Shown one piece after another: positions 30,860 to 40,153 of a stretch of DNA of 64,000 bases (position 1 is the first letter of the stretch; each line of letters begins with the position of its first letter). Source of the DNA: Candidatus Binatia bacterium (lineage in GTDB: Bacteria > Desulfobacterota > Binatia > UBA9968 > JAJDTQ01); NCBI GenBank assembly GCA_963666515.2, contig OY762897.2, positions 2,496,001 through 2,560,000 of the forward strand, in the 5' to 3' direction. The position numbers and the translations under genes are program-made. The notes beneath the pieces are model-generated. The model was not told where the DNA came from, did not search any database, and saw only the letters and a list, made by a program, of their open reading frames with translations.

Positions 30860-33085
30860 TCACACGTCGATACGCGTATCCCACAGGATCGGGTCGCCGC
30901 CCATGGGGGGGCAGAACAGGTCCACCTGCAACTGCACTTGGCAGCCCGGACAACTGTACTCGTGGTACTCGCCGATGTAGGGCTCGCCGGACGGCAACGC
31001 GTCTTCCATGTAGTCGTTCAGGTCCAGGACGCGGCGCAGCGCGTAGTTCTTGTAGTTCTCCTCGGGGCCGCAGTAGAGGTGGCCGCACTGGATGCAGCGG
31101 ATGGCGTGCCGGCCGTTGCGGCGTGCGATCTCCAGGCTGGCGTGGAAGCGCAGCACCGATTCGTACTCGCCCGCCTGCGCCGGGTCCAGCGCCGAGGTCT
31201 TGCCGGACGGGGGCGCCCCGAGCTGCTTGCGCTCGGCGCGGATGCTCTCCCGCAGGCTGCGCGTGGCCGCCTCGTCCACGGACCGGCCGTCCCTGGCCAG
31301 CACCACGCCGTACACTTCCTCGCCGATCTTGGGGGTGAGCCAGCCGCGGCCGAAGTCCCGCAGCACCAGCGCGGGGTCGCGTTCCAGCGGGTCCCCGAAA
31401 CCGCCGCCTCCGGCCACGTAATCGATAAGCAGGCTTCCCTCCGGCAGCGCCACGCGCTCGGGAACCCCTTCGGGATGGACCACCTTGCCCCAAGTGCCGT
31501 CGCGCATGCCGGTGCCGTCCGGGTACTCGCCCTGCTTGACCCGGTCCAGCAACTCCATGCCCGCGTCCACCATGTAGCGCAGCACGCTCTTGCCGGTGGG
31601 ATAGCCGCCGCACAGGCCGTAGCCGCCCTGGGCCACGCCGCCGTAGGGCTTGTAGTCCACGCTGCAGTCCTGGGAGCCGTATATCCAGTAGATGCGGTAG
31701 CTGCCGAGGCCGCCGCGGTACTTGCCGAAGCCGCTGCCGTCGGGGTTGTGCCCGCGGGTGAAGTAGAGGAACGGGTACTGCATCTCGATGCGCTCGATGT
31801 CGCTGATGCCGGCGGAGGGGATGTTCATGTGGCCGCCGGTGTTGACCCCGTCCCGCAAGGGAGCGCTGCCCATGCCGGCACCGTGGATGTCGTAAAGCCC
31901 CTGGGCCACGCGGATGCCGTCCCGGGTGTGGCCGCCGTAGAAGTAGCCGGGGCCGCCGGCGTAGGCCAGGTTGCCAGTGGTGGAGGCGTTGACGTCCTCC
32001 GCCCGGCCGGCGGCGTAGAGCATCTTGGAGACGCACTCGCAGATGGTGGAGACCAGCACGTTGCCCACCCGGGGCGCGGCGCCGCAGGCGGCCGGAAACG
32101 TGCAGTTCAGGATGGTGCCCTCGGGTATCTTGAGGGTCACCGGCCTCATCTTGCCGTCGCTCCAGGGCACGTCCCAGAAGAGCGCGTTGGTCAGCGCCAG
32201 GGTGATGTGCGCCGCGGTGCTGGGGAAGGTGGAGTTGTGGTCGGTGTCGGTCTGCGGGCTCGTGCCCTCCAGGTCGAACTCCAGCTCGTCGCCTTTCTTG
32301 GTCATGGTGCAGTAGAGCTGCTGGGCCACGGCCTTGCGGGACTTGCGGTCCAGGGTGGTGACGTACTCGCGGGACACCCAGGTGCCGTCGGGCAGCGAGC
32401 GCAGCTTGGCGCGAGCCTTGGCCTCGGAGTCCTCGATCATGCGCCGGCCCGCGGCCTCCACGAATTCGGGGCCGAACTTCTCCACCAGCCCCTGGTAGCG
32501 GTCGGCGCAGACGTTGTTGCCGGCGATCATGGCCTTCATGTCGAGGCCCACGTACTGCGGGTCCCGGCACATGCCGACGAGGGTGCGGAACACGTCCTCG
32601 CGGAACTCGCCCTTCTCCACGATCTTGAGGCCGCTGATGCAGATGCCCTCGTGGAATATCTCCAGGGCGCCGCCCCGCAGCACGCCGCCGGTGTCCGCGG
32701 TGTGGGTGCTGGTGGCGGTCCAGGCGATCAGCTCGCCGTCGTAGAAGATGGGCTTGATGACCATCATGTCGTAAGTGTGGGAGCCCGCCACATAGGGGTC
32801 GTTGAAGAAGAACTGATCGCCGTCGTAGAAGCCGGGCGACTCCTTGAAGTACTCGATCATGTTCTTGATGGCCTGGGAGGTGGCCGCGGCGAACCGCAGG
32901 TGGCCGGAGCACGCCAGCACCATGACGCCCTCGGTGTCGTAGAACGAGCTCATGCACTCGCCGCCCTGGGCGACGATGGGCGAGGCGGTGACGCGCTGGA
33001 GCGTCATGCGGCCCTCTTCGCCGATGGCCCAGAGCCGGTGGAAGTACATTTCGTATTTGATCGGATCAACCGCTGTCGGTTCCAT
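30860..33085 (-). CDS. Hydantoinase B/oxoprolinase subunit fused to acetone-carboxylase gamma-like domain
   Basis: NDPY..GSH..D, H.ADTGG, GGGGFGDPLERD; C-terminal CIQCGH...NYK...EYSCPGC. Confidence 0.88.
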   Translation of the reverse strand: MEPTAVDPIKYEMYFHRLWAIGEEGRMTLQRVTASPIVAQGGECMSSFYDTEGVMVLACSGHLRFAAATSQAIKNMIEYFKESPGFYDGDQFFFNDPYVAGSHTYDMMVIKPIFYDGELIAWTATSTHTADTGGVLRGGALEIFHEGICISGLKIVEKGEFREDVFRTLVGMCRDPQYVGLDMKAMIAGNNVCADRYQGLVEKFGPEFVEAAGRRMIEDSEAKARAKLRSLPDGTWVSREYVTTLDRKSRKAVAQQLYCTMTKKGDELEFDLEGTSPQTDTDHNSTFPSTAAHITLALTNALFWDVPWSDGKMRPVTLKIPEGTILNCTFPAACGAAPRVGNVLVSTICECVSKMLYAAGRAEDVNASTTGNLAYAGGPGYFYGGHTRDGIRVAQGLYDIHGAGMGSAPLRDGVNTGGHMNIPSAGISDIERIEMQYPFLYFTRGHNPDGSGFGKYRGGLGSYRIYWIYGSQDCSVDYKPYGGVAQGGYGLCGGYPTGKSVLRYMVDAGMELLDRVKQGEYPDGTGMRDGTWGKVVHPEGVPERVALPEGSLLIDYVAGGGGFGDPLERDPALVLRDFGRGWLTPKIGEEVYGVVLARDGRSVDEAATRSLRESIRAERKQLGAPPSGKTSALDPAQAGEYESVLRFHASLEIARRNGRHAIRCIQCGHLYCGPEENYKNYALRRVLDLNDYMEDALPSGEPYIGEYHEYSCPGCQVQLQVDLFCPPMGGDPILWDTRIDV

Positions 33086-33129
33086 CGAACTCTCCTGATT
33101 TGAAGCCTGCGTCGCAGAAACGGCTTGCA

Positions 33130-33153
33130 GTAGGGGCGACCCGCGGTCGCCCT
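33130..33153 (+). repeat. GTAG-type REP overlapping the hydantoinase A stop
   Basis: GTAGGGGCGACCCGCGGTCGCCCT, identical to the 6799 copy. Confidence 0.8.
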
Positions 33154-35260
33154 AGATTTCCATCACCAGGTTCAGGTACTGGTCCACCGCCACCTTCGCG
33201 CCCGGCGGCACCGGGATGGTGGTGAAGGGCAGCTCCAGGACGGCCGGACCCGCCACCTCGTTGCCGGCCTTGAGCAGCGCGTTGTCGTACACCGGGGTCT
33301 CGATGAAACCGCGCTCCGGCCGCGTGAAGTAGACGTTGCGCTTGCCCTTGACCGCCTGGGAGCCGTCGCCTTTCTCCACGGGCTGGGGCTTCAGTTCCGG
33401 CTTGGTGACCAGGCCCACCGCGTCCACCCGGATGGCGCTGATCTCGATGCCGGCCTTGGTGTAGCCCGCGCCCACGCCGTAGAGCTCCTCGTACTTCTTC
33501 TCAAACATCTCCTGCAGCTCCTGCAGCCGCTCGTCGGTCATGCGGTCCCACGGCAGCGGGATCTCCACGCCGGCGGTCTGCCGGCGGTAGCGCATGGTGA
33601 AGAACCGGCGGTACTCCACTTGGTCGGCCTTGAAGCCCTCGCCGGTCATGATCTCTTCCAACTCCTTCTCGATGGTGTCGAGCCGCTCGTTGGGCCCCTC
33701 GGGCTGGGCCGGGAAGATGTACTGGCAGGTCATCACCCGCGTGTGGATGACGTCCGCCGCGGCCACGCCGAAGGCGGAGAACACCGGGGAGGTGGGGAAG
33801 ATGTATATCTTGTTGATGCCCAGCTCGGCGGAGAAACCGCCAGCGTGAACCGGCCCGGCGCCGCCGAAGGCGTAGATGACGAACTCCTCGGGCAGGTGCC
33901 CGGTGCGCACCACCTGCTGGCGGATGAGGTCGGACATCTTGCTGTTGACGATGTCGTAGACGCCGGCCGCGGCCTCGACGTTGCTCAGCCCCAACGGCTT
34001 GGCGATCTTCTCCTCCACGGCCTTCTCGGCCTTCTCCTTGTTGAGCGACTTGCGCCCGCCCAGGAAGTAGTCGGGGTCGATGATGCCCAGCACCAGGTCG
34101 GCGTCGGTGACCGTCACCTCCTCGCCGCCGGCGTCGTAGCACACCGGGCCGGGGCTCGCGCCCGCGCTCTGGGGACCTACCAGCAGGCGGCCGGTCTCCT
34201 CGTCCACCCGGGCGATGGTGCCGCCGCCGGCGCCGATGGACTGGATGTCGATGATGGGCTGCAACATGCGGAAACGCTCGACGATGGGCTCCGCAGCGTA
34301 GCGCCAGTACCCTTCGGTGATGAGGCCCACGTCGAAGCTGGTGCCGCCCATATCCGCGGTGATGACGTTGGGATGCCCAAGCAGACCGGCCACGTAGGCC
34401 GACGCGATGGCGCCGCCCGCCGGTCCGGACTGGAGGTTGGACACCGGCGTGGCGTGGGCGCGATGGGCAACGCCGCCGTTGCCCTGCATGATCAGGAACG
34501 GCCCCTCCAGGCCGCCATCTTCCAGCTTGGTCTGGAGGCCGCCCAGATAGCGGTCCACCGTCGGGCCAAGGAAACTGTTGATGATGGCCGTGTTGGCGCG
34601 GGCGTACTCGCCCGCCACCTGGGCCAGCTCGCTGCCGAAGGACCAGAACACCTTGTTCGACGGGTCGGCCTCCCGCGCCAGTGCGCGCACGTCGTCCTCG
34701 TGCTTGGCATTGGCCCAAGCGTGCAACAGGCTTACAGCGATGGCCTCGCAGCCCTCCTCATCCACCAGTTGGCGGATGGCGTCCATCACGTCCTGCCGGG
34801 ACAACGGCACCACCACCTCGCCGCGGTAGTCGATGCGCTCGCGCACGCCCAGCACCCGTTCCCTGGGCACCAGGGGTTCGGGCTTGGTGACCCAGGTGGC
34901 GTGGCGGATCTCCTCCTCGGAGAGGCCGTCCACCCGGCCGATGGCGCGCATGATCTCGGTGGTGTCCTCGAAACCGCGGGTGGTGATGAAACCCACCTTG
35001 ACCCCGGTGCGCGTGATCAGCGCGTTGGTGGCCACGGTGCTGCCGTGCTTGAACAGCACGGCCTGATTCAGCAGTTCGGTGCGATCCACATCCAGCACCC
35101 GCGAGGCTTCGGTCAGGGCGTCCATCACGCCCCGGGAGAACTCGTCCGGCGTCGTCGACGCCTTGGCGGTCCACACCTCCCCGCTCGGTGACATGACCAC
35201 CACGTCCGTGAAGGTGCCGCCCGTGTCGATACCGATGATGTAGTCTTTCGCTTCCGCCAT
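33152..35260 (-). CDS. Hydantoinase A/oxoprolinase ATP-binding subunit
   Basis: DTGGTFTD, HGSTVATNA, SGPAGG, DMGGTSFD, SIGAGGG, AFGGAG. Confidence 0.93.
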   Translation of the reverse strand: MAEAKDYIIGIDTGGTFTDVVVMSPSGEVWTAKASTTPDEFSRGVMDALTEASRVLDVDRTELLNQAVLFKHGSTVATNALITRTGVKVGFITTRGFEDTTEIMRAIGRVDGLSEEEIRHATWVTKPEPLVPRERVLGVRERIDYRGEVVVPLSRQDVMDAIRQLVDEEGCEAIAVSLLHAWANAKHEDDVRALAREADPSNKVFWSFGSELAQVAGEYARANTAIINSFLGPTVDRYLGGLQTKLEDGGLEGPFLIMQGNGGVAHRAHATPVSNLQSGPAGGAIASAYVAGLLGHPNVITADMGGTSFDVGLITEGYWRYAAEPIVERFRMLQPIIDIQSIGAGGGTIARVDEETGRLLVGPQSAGASPGPVCYDAGGEEVTVTDADLVLGIIDPDYFLGGRKSLNKEKAEKAVEEKIAKPLGLSNVEAAAGVYDIVNSKMSDLIRQQVVRTGHLPEEFVIYAFGGAGPVHAGGFSAELGINKIYIFPTSPVFSAFGVAAADVIHTRVMTCQYIFPAQPEGPNERLDTIEKELEEIMTGEGFKADQVEYRRFFTMRYRRQTAGVEIPLPWDRMTDERLQELQEMFEKKYEELYGVGAGYTKAGIEISAIRVDAVGLVTKPELKPQPVEKGDGSQAVKGKRNVYFTRPERGFIETPVYDNALLKAGNEVAGPAVLELPFTTIPVPPGAKVAVDQYLNLVMEI

Positions 35261-35351
35261 GCCTGCTCTTCCTCCTGATTCCGATACTCGACCCGATTGC
35301 CTTCCCGACCGGCGCCGCGACAGCGCTCCCCTGTGGGCCGCGTCAGCCCCG

Positions 35352-35384
35352 GTAGGTCGGGTTAGCCGAAGGCGTAACCCGACA
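35352..35384 (+). repeat. GTAG-type REP (third family)
   Basis: GTAGGTCGGGTTAGCCGAAGGCGTAACCCGACA hairpin. Confidence 0.7.
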
Positions 35385-35568
35385 GGACATCGCAGTCCTG
35401 CGCCGGGTTTCACTCCGCTGATGCGACCTGCCTGGGACGGGAACCGTAGGGTGAAAAGACCCCGGTACTTGCCGCAACTGGGTTGGCGACACCGAGGATA
35501 CTAGCTAGCGCGTCTGGTCCTTGTATTCAAGGGTTGCGGGTCTCGTGCGGCCACGCGCGCCATGTCCC

Positions 35569-35832
35569 TCACAGCTTGTACACTTCGCGACGGTTTCTGG
35601 CGAAATGAACGACGATCTGCCGGCTCGACGCGTCGAGCGTATAAAGAGCACGGTAATCGCCCACGCGAAGCTTGAACACTCCCTGCCAAGCCGCTCCTAA
35701 TGCTTCGTGCCTGACCGTTTCGATGTTCTCTGCCAACCACTGCAACTTGGAAATGACACGGCGTGCGATGACCGAGTCCAAGCGGCGAATATCGGCTTCC
35801 GCCCCTGGCGTCAACCTAATCTCGTAGCTCAC
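35569..35832 (-). CDS. RelE family toxin
   Basis: KLRVGDYRALY and RREVY C-terminus; GTG overlaps antitoxin stop. Confidence 0.9.
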   Translation of the reverse strand: MSYEIRLTPGAEADIRRLDSVIARRVISKLQWLAENIETVRHEALGAAWQGVFKLRVGDYRALYTLDASSRQIVVHFARNRREVYKL

Positions 35833-36053
35833 TTGGTGGTTCCGGCATCCTTCAGCACATCGGAGAGACTCTTCGTCCTTCCGCCCGCTTGAACCTCCCG
35901 GAGAGAATTCCTCAACGCTTCCGCGAAGTCATCCTTGAGGACCATCCCTTCGTCGGGGTCGGCCAGCAACTCGGTCAACGACCGACTCACCGCCTCGTGG
36001 ACGAGTTCCTTGAACTCTGTCACCGTCAGATTTGCGATTGTCGAATTCGCCAT
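35829..36053 (-). CDS. Putative antitoxin of RelE
   Basis: Acidic 74 aa; LTVTEFKELV...DPDEGMVLKDDF; overlaps toxin start. Confidence 0.75.
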   Translation of the reverse strand: MANSTIANLTVTEFKELVHEAVSRSLTELLADPDEGMVLKDDFAEALRNSLREVQAGGRTKSLSDVLKDAGTTK

Positions 36054-36243
36054 GTTTTGTTCCCTCCCGTTGCACGCATTGCAAAGTCCTGCCGAGAGAC
36101 GGGATGCCGATGCCACAGGTAGCTTATCGTGAATTCGGCAAAATCCAAACCAAGATGGTCGTCATGTCCTCCTTTGCTGTGAGAAGTGACCGGAGGTGCG
36201 CGCTGGGTGGATAAAGCCTCTTGTGCGGAATGACGACATCACC

Positions 36244-36285
36244 TTGACACTATCCTTATACTATAGTAGTACTAACTAGTTAGTA
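36244..36285 (+). promoter_or_regulatory. AT-rich promoter region with 16-bp perfect palindrome
   Basis: TTGACA at 36244; TACTATAGTA 36259-36268; TACTAACTAGTTAGTA 36270-36285. Confidence 0.6.
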
Positions 36286-36308
36286 GCACGCCGACAGGAG
36301 GACACGAA

Positions 36309-36542
36309 ATGCAAGTTGCTCACAGCGAACCGGCCAAAGGACATGATGGGTGCGAGATCCGGCTTGGAGTGGCGTCATGGGCCAAGAAGGGTAGCAACAC
36401 CGAGAAAAGTGTAAAGTTCACGTGGTTTGACAAGAACGGGAGGGCTGTCCGCGGAGGGGAGTTTCCGGTTGATGTCCTACCCCAAGCACTGACGTTCGCG
36501 ATCCAGAAAGGGTATTTGAGTCTGGGATCTGTCGAACCGTGA
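36309..36542 (+). CDS. Small hypothetical protein, possibly PC4/YdbC-like fold
   Basis: Strong SD AGGAGG; AT-richer codons than flanking genes; fold guess from pattern only. Confidence 0.65.
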   Translation: MQVAHSEPAKGHDGCEIRLGVASWAKKGSNTEKSVKFTWFDKNGRAVRGGEFPVDVLPQALTFAIQKGYLSLGSVEP

Positions 36543-36680
36543 TTGAGCCGCTGACCTTCAAAGTGCCCTTCGAAGAGAATTTGGCAGAACTGGGCGACCC
36601 CCTCTTGCCGACCCCCTTACGACGGGACGCTGCAACCGGGAAGCTAAGGCAGTGCGCCGTTAATTATCCCGGTTCAAACG

Positions 36681-37421
36681 CTAGTTCATCACCAAGCCGC
36701 CGTTGACGTTCAGCGTGTAGCCGGTGATGTAGGTGTTCTCGGGGCTAACGAGGAAGTAGAAGCCCTCGGCGATGTCCTCGGGCTGGCCGGTGCGGCCCAT
36801 GGGGATGAGCGGCTTCCACGCCTCGCGGGACCCGGGGGCGGCGTGGGCCAGGACACGGGGCGTGTCCGTGGGGCCGGGGGCCACGACGTTGACCAGGACG
36901 CCGTAGGGCGCCAGCTCCTGGGCCAACGACTTGGTGAAGCCGAGGACGCCGGCCTTGGCGGCCGAGTAGGGTGTGCGCAGGGCGCAGCCGGTAAGGCCGT
37001 AGTTGGACGCGGTGTTGACGATGCGGCCGCGTCGTTGCTCCATCATCAAGGGAGCCACCTCGCGGCAGAAGAGGAAGGTCCCCTTGAGGTTGACGTCCAG
37101 CACCTCGCGCCACTCGGCCCAGGACAGGTCCTCTACCGCTTTCGTGTGGATGGTGCCGCCGGCCAAGTTGCAGAGGATGTCCACGGATCCGAAATCCTCG
37201 CGGACCTGCGCCACCACGTCCTTGATCTCTCCAGCCTTGGTGACATCGACGCCGTAGGCGCGCGCCTGCGCTCCTGTCGCGTCCAGCTCCCTCACGACCC
37301 CTGCCGCGCCCTCCCGATCCGCGTCAGCGATGGCGACGGCGATGCCCGCCCGTGCGAACCGCAACGCGACGCAACGGCCGATGCCGTTGCCGCCGCCGGA
37401 AATGATGGCCACGTCGCTCAA
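36681..37421 (-). CDS. SDR family oxidoreductase (FabG-like)
   Basis: SGGGNGIG, NLAG, YSAAK, PGPTDT. Confidence 0.93.
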   Translation of the reverse strand: MSDVAIISGGGNGIGRCVALRFARAGIAVAIADADREGAAGVVRELDATGAQARAYGVDVTKAGEIKDVVAQVREDFGSVDILCNLAGGTIHTKAVEDLSWAEWREVLDVNLKGTFLFCREVAPLMMEQRRGRIVNTASNYGLTGCALRTPYSAAKAGVLGFTKSLAQELAPYGVLVNVVAPGPTDTPRVLAHAAPGSREAWKPLIPMGRTGQPEDIAEGFYFLVSPENTYITGYTLNVNGGLVMN

Positions 37422-37456
37422 TTTGGGTTCCTTCCTTTGCCTGGGGTGGACCCCAC

Positions 37457-37481
37457 AGGGGCGACCGCGGGTCGCCCCTAC
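37457..37481 (-). repeat. GTAG-type REP
   Basis: Reverse complement GTAGGGGCGACCCGCGGTCGCCCCT. Confidence 0.8.
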
Positions 37482-37547
37482 ACGTCACCGCGCCTTATCG
37501 GCGACAAATGAATCCTGCGCACCTGCCGTACGAAACCGGACACGCGC

Positions 37548-38930
37548 CTAGAGGAAATCCTCCAATCTAACCTGCCCCGCGCCCATGGGCTGCAGGCGGT
37601 CGAACTCGTAGCGCCGCGCCGGGTCGCACTCAGGCGGCTTGGTGGCGTCGATCATCACCTTGCCCCCGACCCGGTGCCAGCCGGGCGCGCCGGGCTCTCC
37701 CATCTCCGCGCACGACGGGTCCATGGCGTGGATCTTGGCGCCGGGGATGGTGATGATGTCCTCGGCCGGGTTGACGCGCGTGGAGATGGCCCACAGCACG
37801 TCGGCGTAGTTGAAGATGTCCACGTCCTCGTCCACGGCGATGGCCACCTTGGGATGCTGGTATTCGCTGGACAGCGCGGCCATGAGCACGTTCCTGGCCT
37901 CGCCGTAGTAGCGCGCGTTCATTTGCACCACGAGGCCGAAGATGCCCGGCAGCACGAGCACGTTCTTCACCTGGGCGCCGCCGCCGACGCTTCGCACCCG
38001 CCGCAGGATCTGCGCCGACATGGGCACCTTATGGTAGACGCAGCCTTCCACCTCGGCGCCGTTCTGGATGTTCTTGAAGATGGCGTCGCCGCGCATGGTG
38101 ACGGCGTTGACCTGGAACACCGGGTTCTGCCCCGCCCCCGCCAGGTAGTAGTCCTGAAACTCACTGAAGGGGCCTTCCTCCTCGCGCACGTGGGGCAGGA
38201 TCTCCCCTTCCAGCACCACCTCGGCCTGGGCCGGCACCTCCATGTCGATGGTCTCGCACTTCACCATCTCGACTTCTTCCTGCAGCAGCCCCGAGGCGAT
38301 GGTCAGCTCGTCCCGGCCGTAGTCCGTGGTGGTGGCGGCGGCGAAGTAGAACATGGGGTGGTGGCCGATCATGAAGGCCACCGGCATGCCCTCGCCCTTG
38401 GACTCGTGCTTCTGGTAGTTGGCCCAGCCGTGGCGCGGATAGAGCAGGATGCCGGTCTTGCGCGGGCCCTTCATCTGCAGGCGGTGGAAGCTCAGGTTGC
38501 GGTTGCCCGTGTCCGGGTCCTTGGAGATCATCAGCCCGGCGGAGATGAAGGGGCCGCCGTCCCGGATGCCGCACTGGTGGATGGGCAGCTTTGTAATGTC
38601 CACCTCGTCGCCCTTGAAGATGCGCTCCTTCACCGGTCCCGAAGACACCAGCCGGGTCGTGCCGGCCATCTGCGTGCGCCGGACGAACTCCGGCACCATC
38701 TCGTTGCGGTCGACGCCGAAGGCCAGCGGCGCCAGCCGCACGTCGCCAGGCGCCTGCCCGAGGCAGCGCCAGCCCGGAAAGCCGTCGAGGTTCTCGAACA
38801 GCAGCGCCCGCTCGCGGGACTGCCACAGGAGCGCCCCCATCTGCGTACGCGGATCCACCGGCTTGGAGATGGTGTCGAGCACGCCGGCGCCCCGCAACTG
38901 GTCGATCCAGGTGCGTATGTCCTTTTTCAT
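37548..38930 (-). CDS. UbiD family (prFMN) decarboxylase
   Basis: DGGPFI, NLSFHR, AEVVLEG, EGPFSEF..YY, VDEDVDI, WAISTR. Confidence 0.93.
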   Translation of the reverse strand: MKKDIRTWIDQLRGAGVLDTISKPVDPRTQMGALLWQSRERALLFENLDGFPGWRCLGQAPGDVRLAPLAFGVDRNEMVPEFVRRTQMAGTTRLVSSGPVKERIFKGDEVDITKLPIHQCGIRDGGPFISAGLMISKDPDTGNRNLSFHRLQMKGPRKTGILLYPRHGWANYQKHESKGEGMPVAFMIGHHPMFYFAAATTTDYGRDELTIASGLLQEEVEMVKCETIDMEVPAQAEVVLEGEILPHVREEEGPFSEFQDYYLAGAGQNPVFQVNAVTMRGDAIFKNIQNGAEVEGCVYHKVPMSAQILRRVRSVGGGAQVKNVLVLPGIFGLVVQMNARYYGEARNVLMAALSSEYQHPKVAIAVDEDVDIFNYADVLWAISTRVNPAEDIITIPGAKIHAMDPSCAEMGEPGAPGWHRVGGKVMIDATKPPECDPARRYEFDRLQPMGAGQVRLEDFL

Positions 38931-39000
38931 TGGCTGTTTCGTCGTTGGGAAAACGTTGCCGTCCGGCGCGCGAACCGCGCCGGACGGCAACTGGGTTGGT

Positions 39001-40101
39001 CTACTTCTTGCGCGCCAGCAGCGCGGGGATGTACTCGTTCTTGAGCCAATCCCACCCTGGCGAGGGCTGGAGCAGGGTCCTGGTGATCTTGTCCGCGTCG
39101 GGACCCTTGATGTAGTCGAGCTTCAGCCCGAAGATCTTCTCCCACTCCTTCACGTAGACGGGATCGGAGTACATCTTGTCGAACGCGGCCCGGATGGCGG
39201 CCACGCGGTCCGCCGGCGTGCCCGGAGGCACCACCAGCGTGCGGTTCAGGGTGCGCAGGGTGGGACCGGTCAGCTTGTAAGCTTCCCAGGCCGGACCCGA
39301 AGGGGCCTTGCCCTTCACCTGCCTGTAGACCTCCTCGAAGGTCGGAATGTCGGTGCCGGGAGAGCGGATGACCTTGCCGTCGGGAGTCAGCACGCCGCCC
39401 TGCCAGATGGCGACGGCGACCCCTTCCTGGATGGAGGAATAGTACCGGCCGCCGCTACCGAGCACATGATGGAGCCCGGTGCCGCCGACGTACGAGACCT
39501 CACCCGACAGGAACGCCAGGGCCATCTGGGCGGTGCCGGGGTAGCCTACCGCGAAGGTGTAGCCCTTGATGCCCAGCAGGTCGAGGCCGATGGCGTCGTT
39601 CAGAAAGGACGATCCGGTGATGGAGCGCCCGGAAACCGCGATCTTCGTGGGATCGATCCTGGTCAGCTCGACCCCGGTCTTGACCTTGAGGAAATCCCGC
39701 ACGATGGCGGCGGAGGCGCCGCTGGTCGAGTAGATCGACGGCATCTTCGTCAGGTCGAAGTTGGGCTTGGGCTCCTTCAGGACCGAGCTGCTCAGGTGGG
39801 TGGTGCCCATGATGGACCACGTGAGGCCGTCCTTCTTGGCCTTATGGTGGATGTAGGCACCGTGAATCAGGCCGGACGCGCCGGGCATGTTGATCTTCAC
39901 CACCTTCTTGGGCATGCCCGGAAGGTACTTGCCGATGCGGCGGGCGATCAGCCTGCCTTCGGTGTCGTGCCCGCCGCCCGGCGAATAGCCGGAAAGGATC
40001 TGGATTCGCTTGCCCTCGGTGAAGGCATGCGCCGAACCCGAGGCGAGAACCACCAGCACCGCACAGCACACGAACAACAACGACACTCTGCGTAGGGTCA
40101 T
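39001..40101 (-). CDS. TctC/Bug-type tripartite tricarboxylate transporter binding protein
   Basis: Signal peptide; GYSPGGGHD..GR, NMPGASG, GYPGT, PPGTP. Confidence 0.85.
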   Translation of the reverse strand: MTLRRVSLLFVCCAVLVVLASGSAHAFTEGKRIQILSGYSPGGGHDTEGRLIARRIGKYLPGMPKKVVKINMPGASGLIHGAYIHHKAKKDGLTWSIMGTTHLSSSVLKEPKPNFDLTKMPSIYSTSGASAAIVRDFLKVKTGVELTRIDPTKIAVSGRSITGSSFLNDAIGLDLLGIKGYTFAVGYPGTAQMALAFLSGEVSYVGGTGLHHVLGSGGRYYSSIQEGVAVAIWQGGVLTPDGKVIRSPGTDIPTFEEVYRQVKGKAPSGPAWEAYKLTGPTLRTLNRTLVVPPGTPADRVAAIRAAFDKMYSDPVYVKEWEKIFGLKLDYIKGPDADKITRTLLQPSPGWDWLKNEYIPALLARKK

Positions 40102-40153
40102 GAGATTCCTCCCTTTCGAGAACGGATGGGATGTGTCTCCGCCCGCCCGGACG

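Noticed and set aside
30467-33103. 878-aa plus-strand ORF, and similar long ORFs at 18027, 25079, 42214, 50230, 53288 and 54952
   Set aside because: Antisense or alternate-frame shadows of well-supported genes, expected from high-GC codon bias; no recognisable motifs
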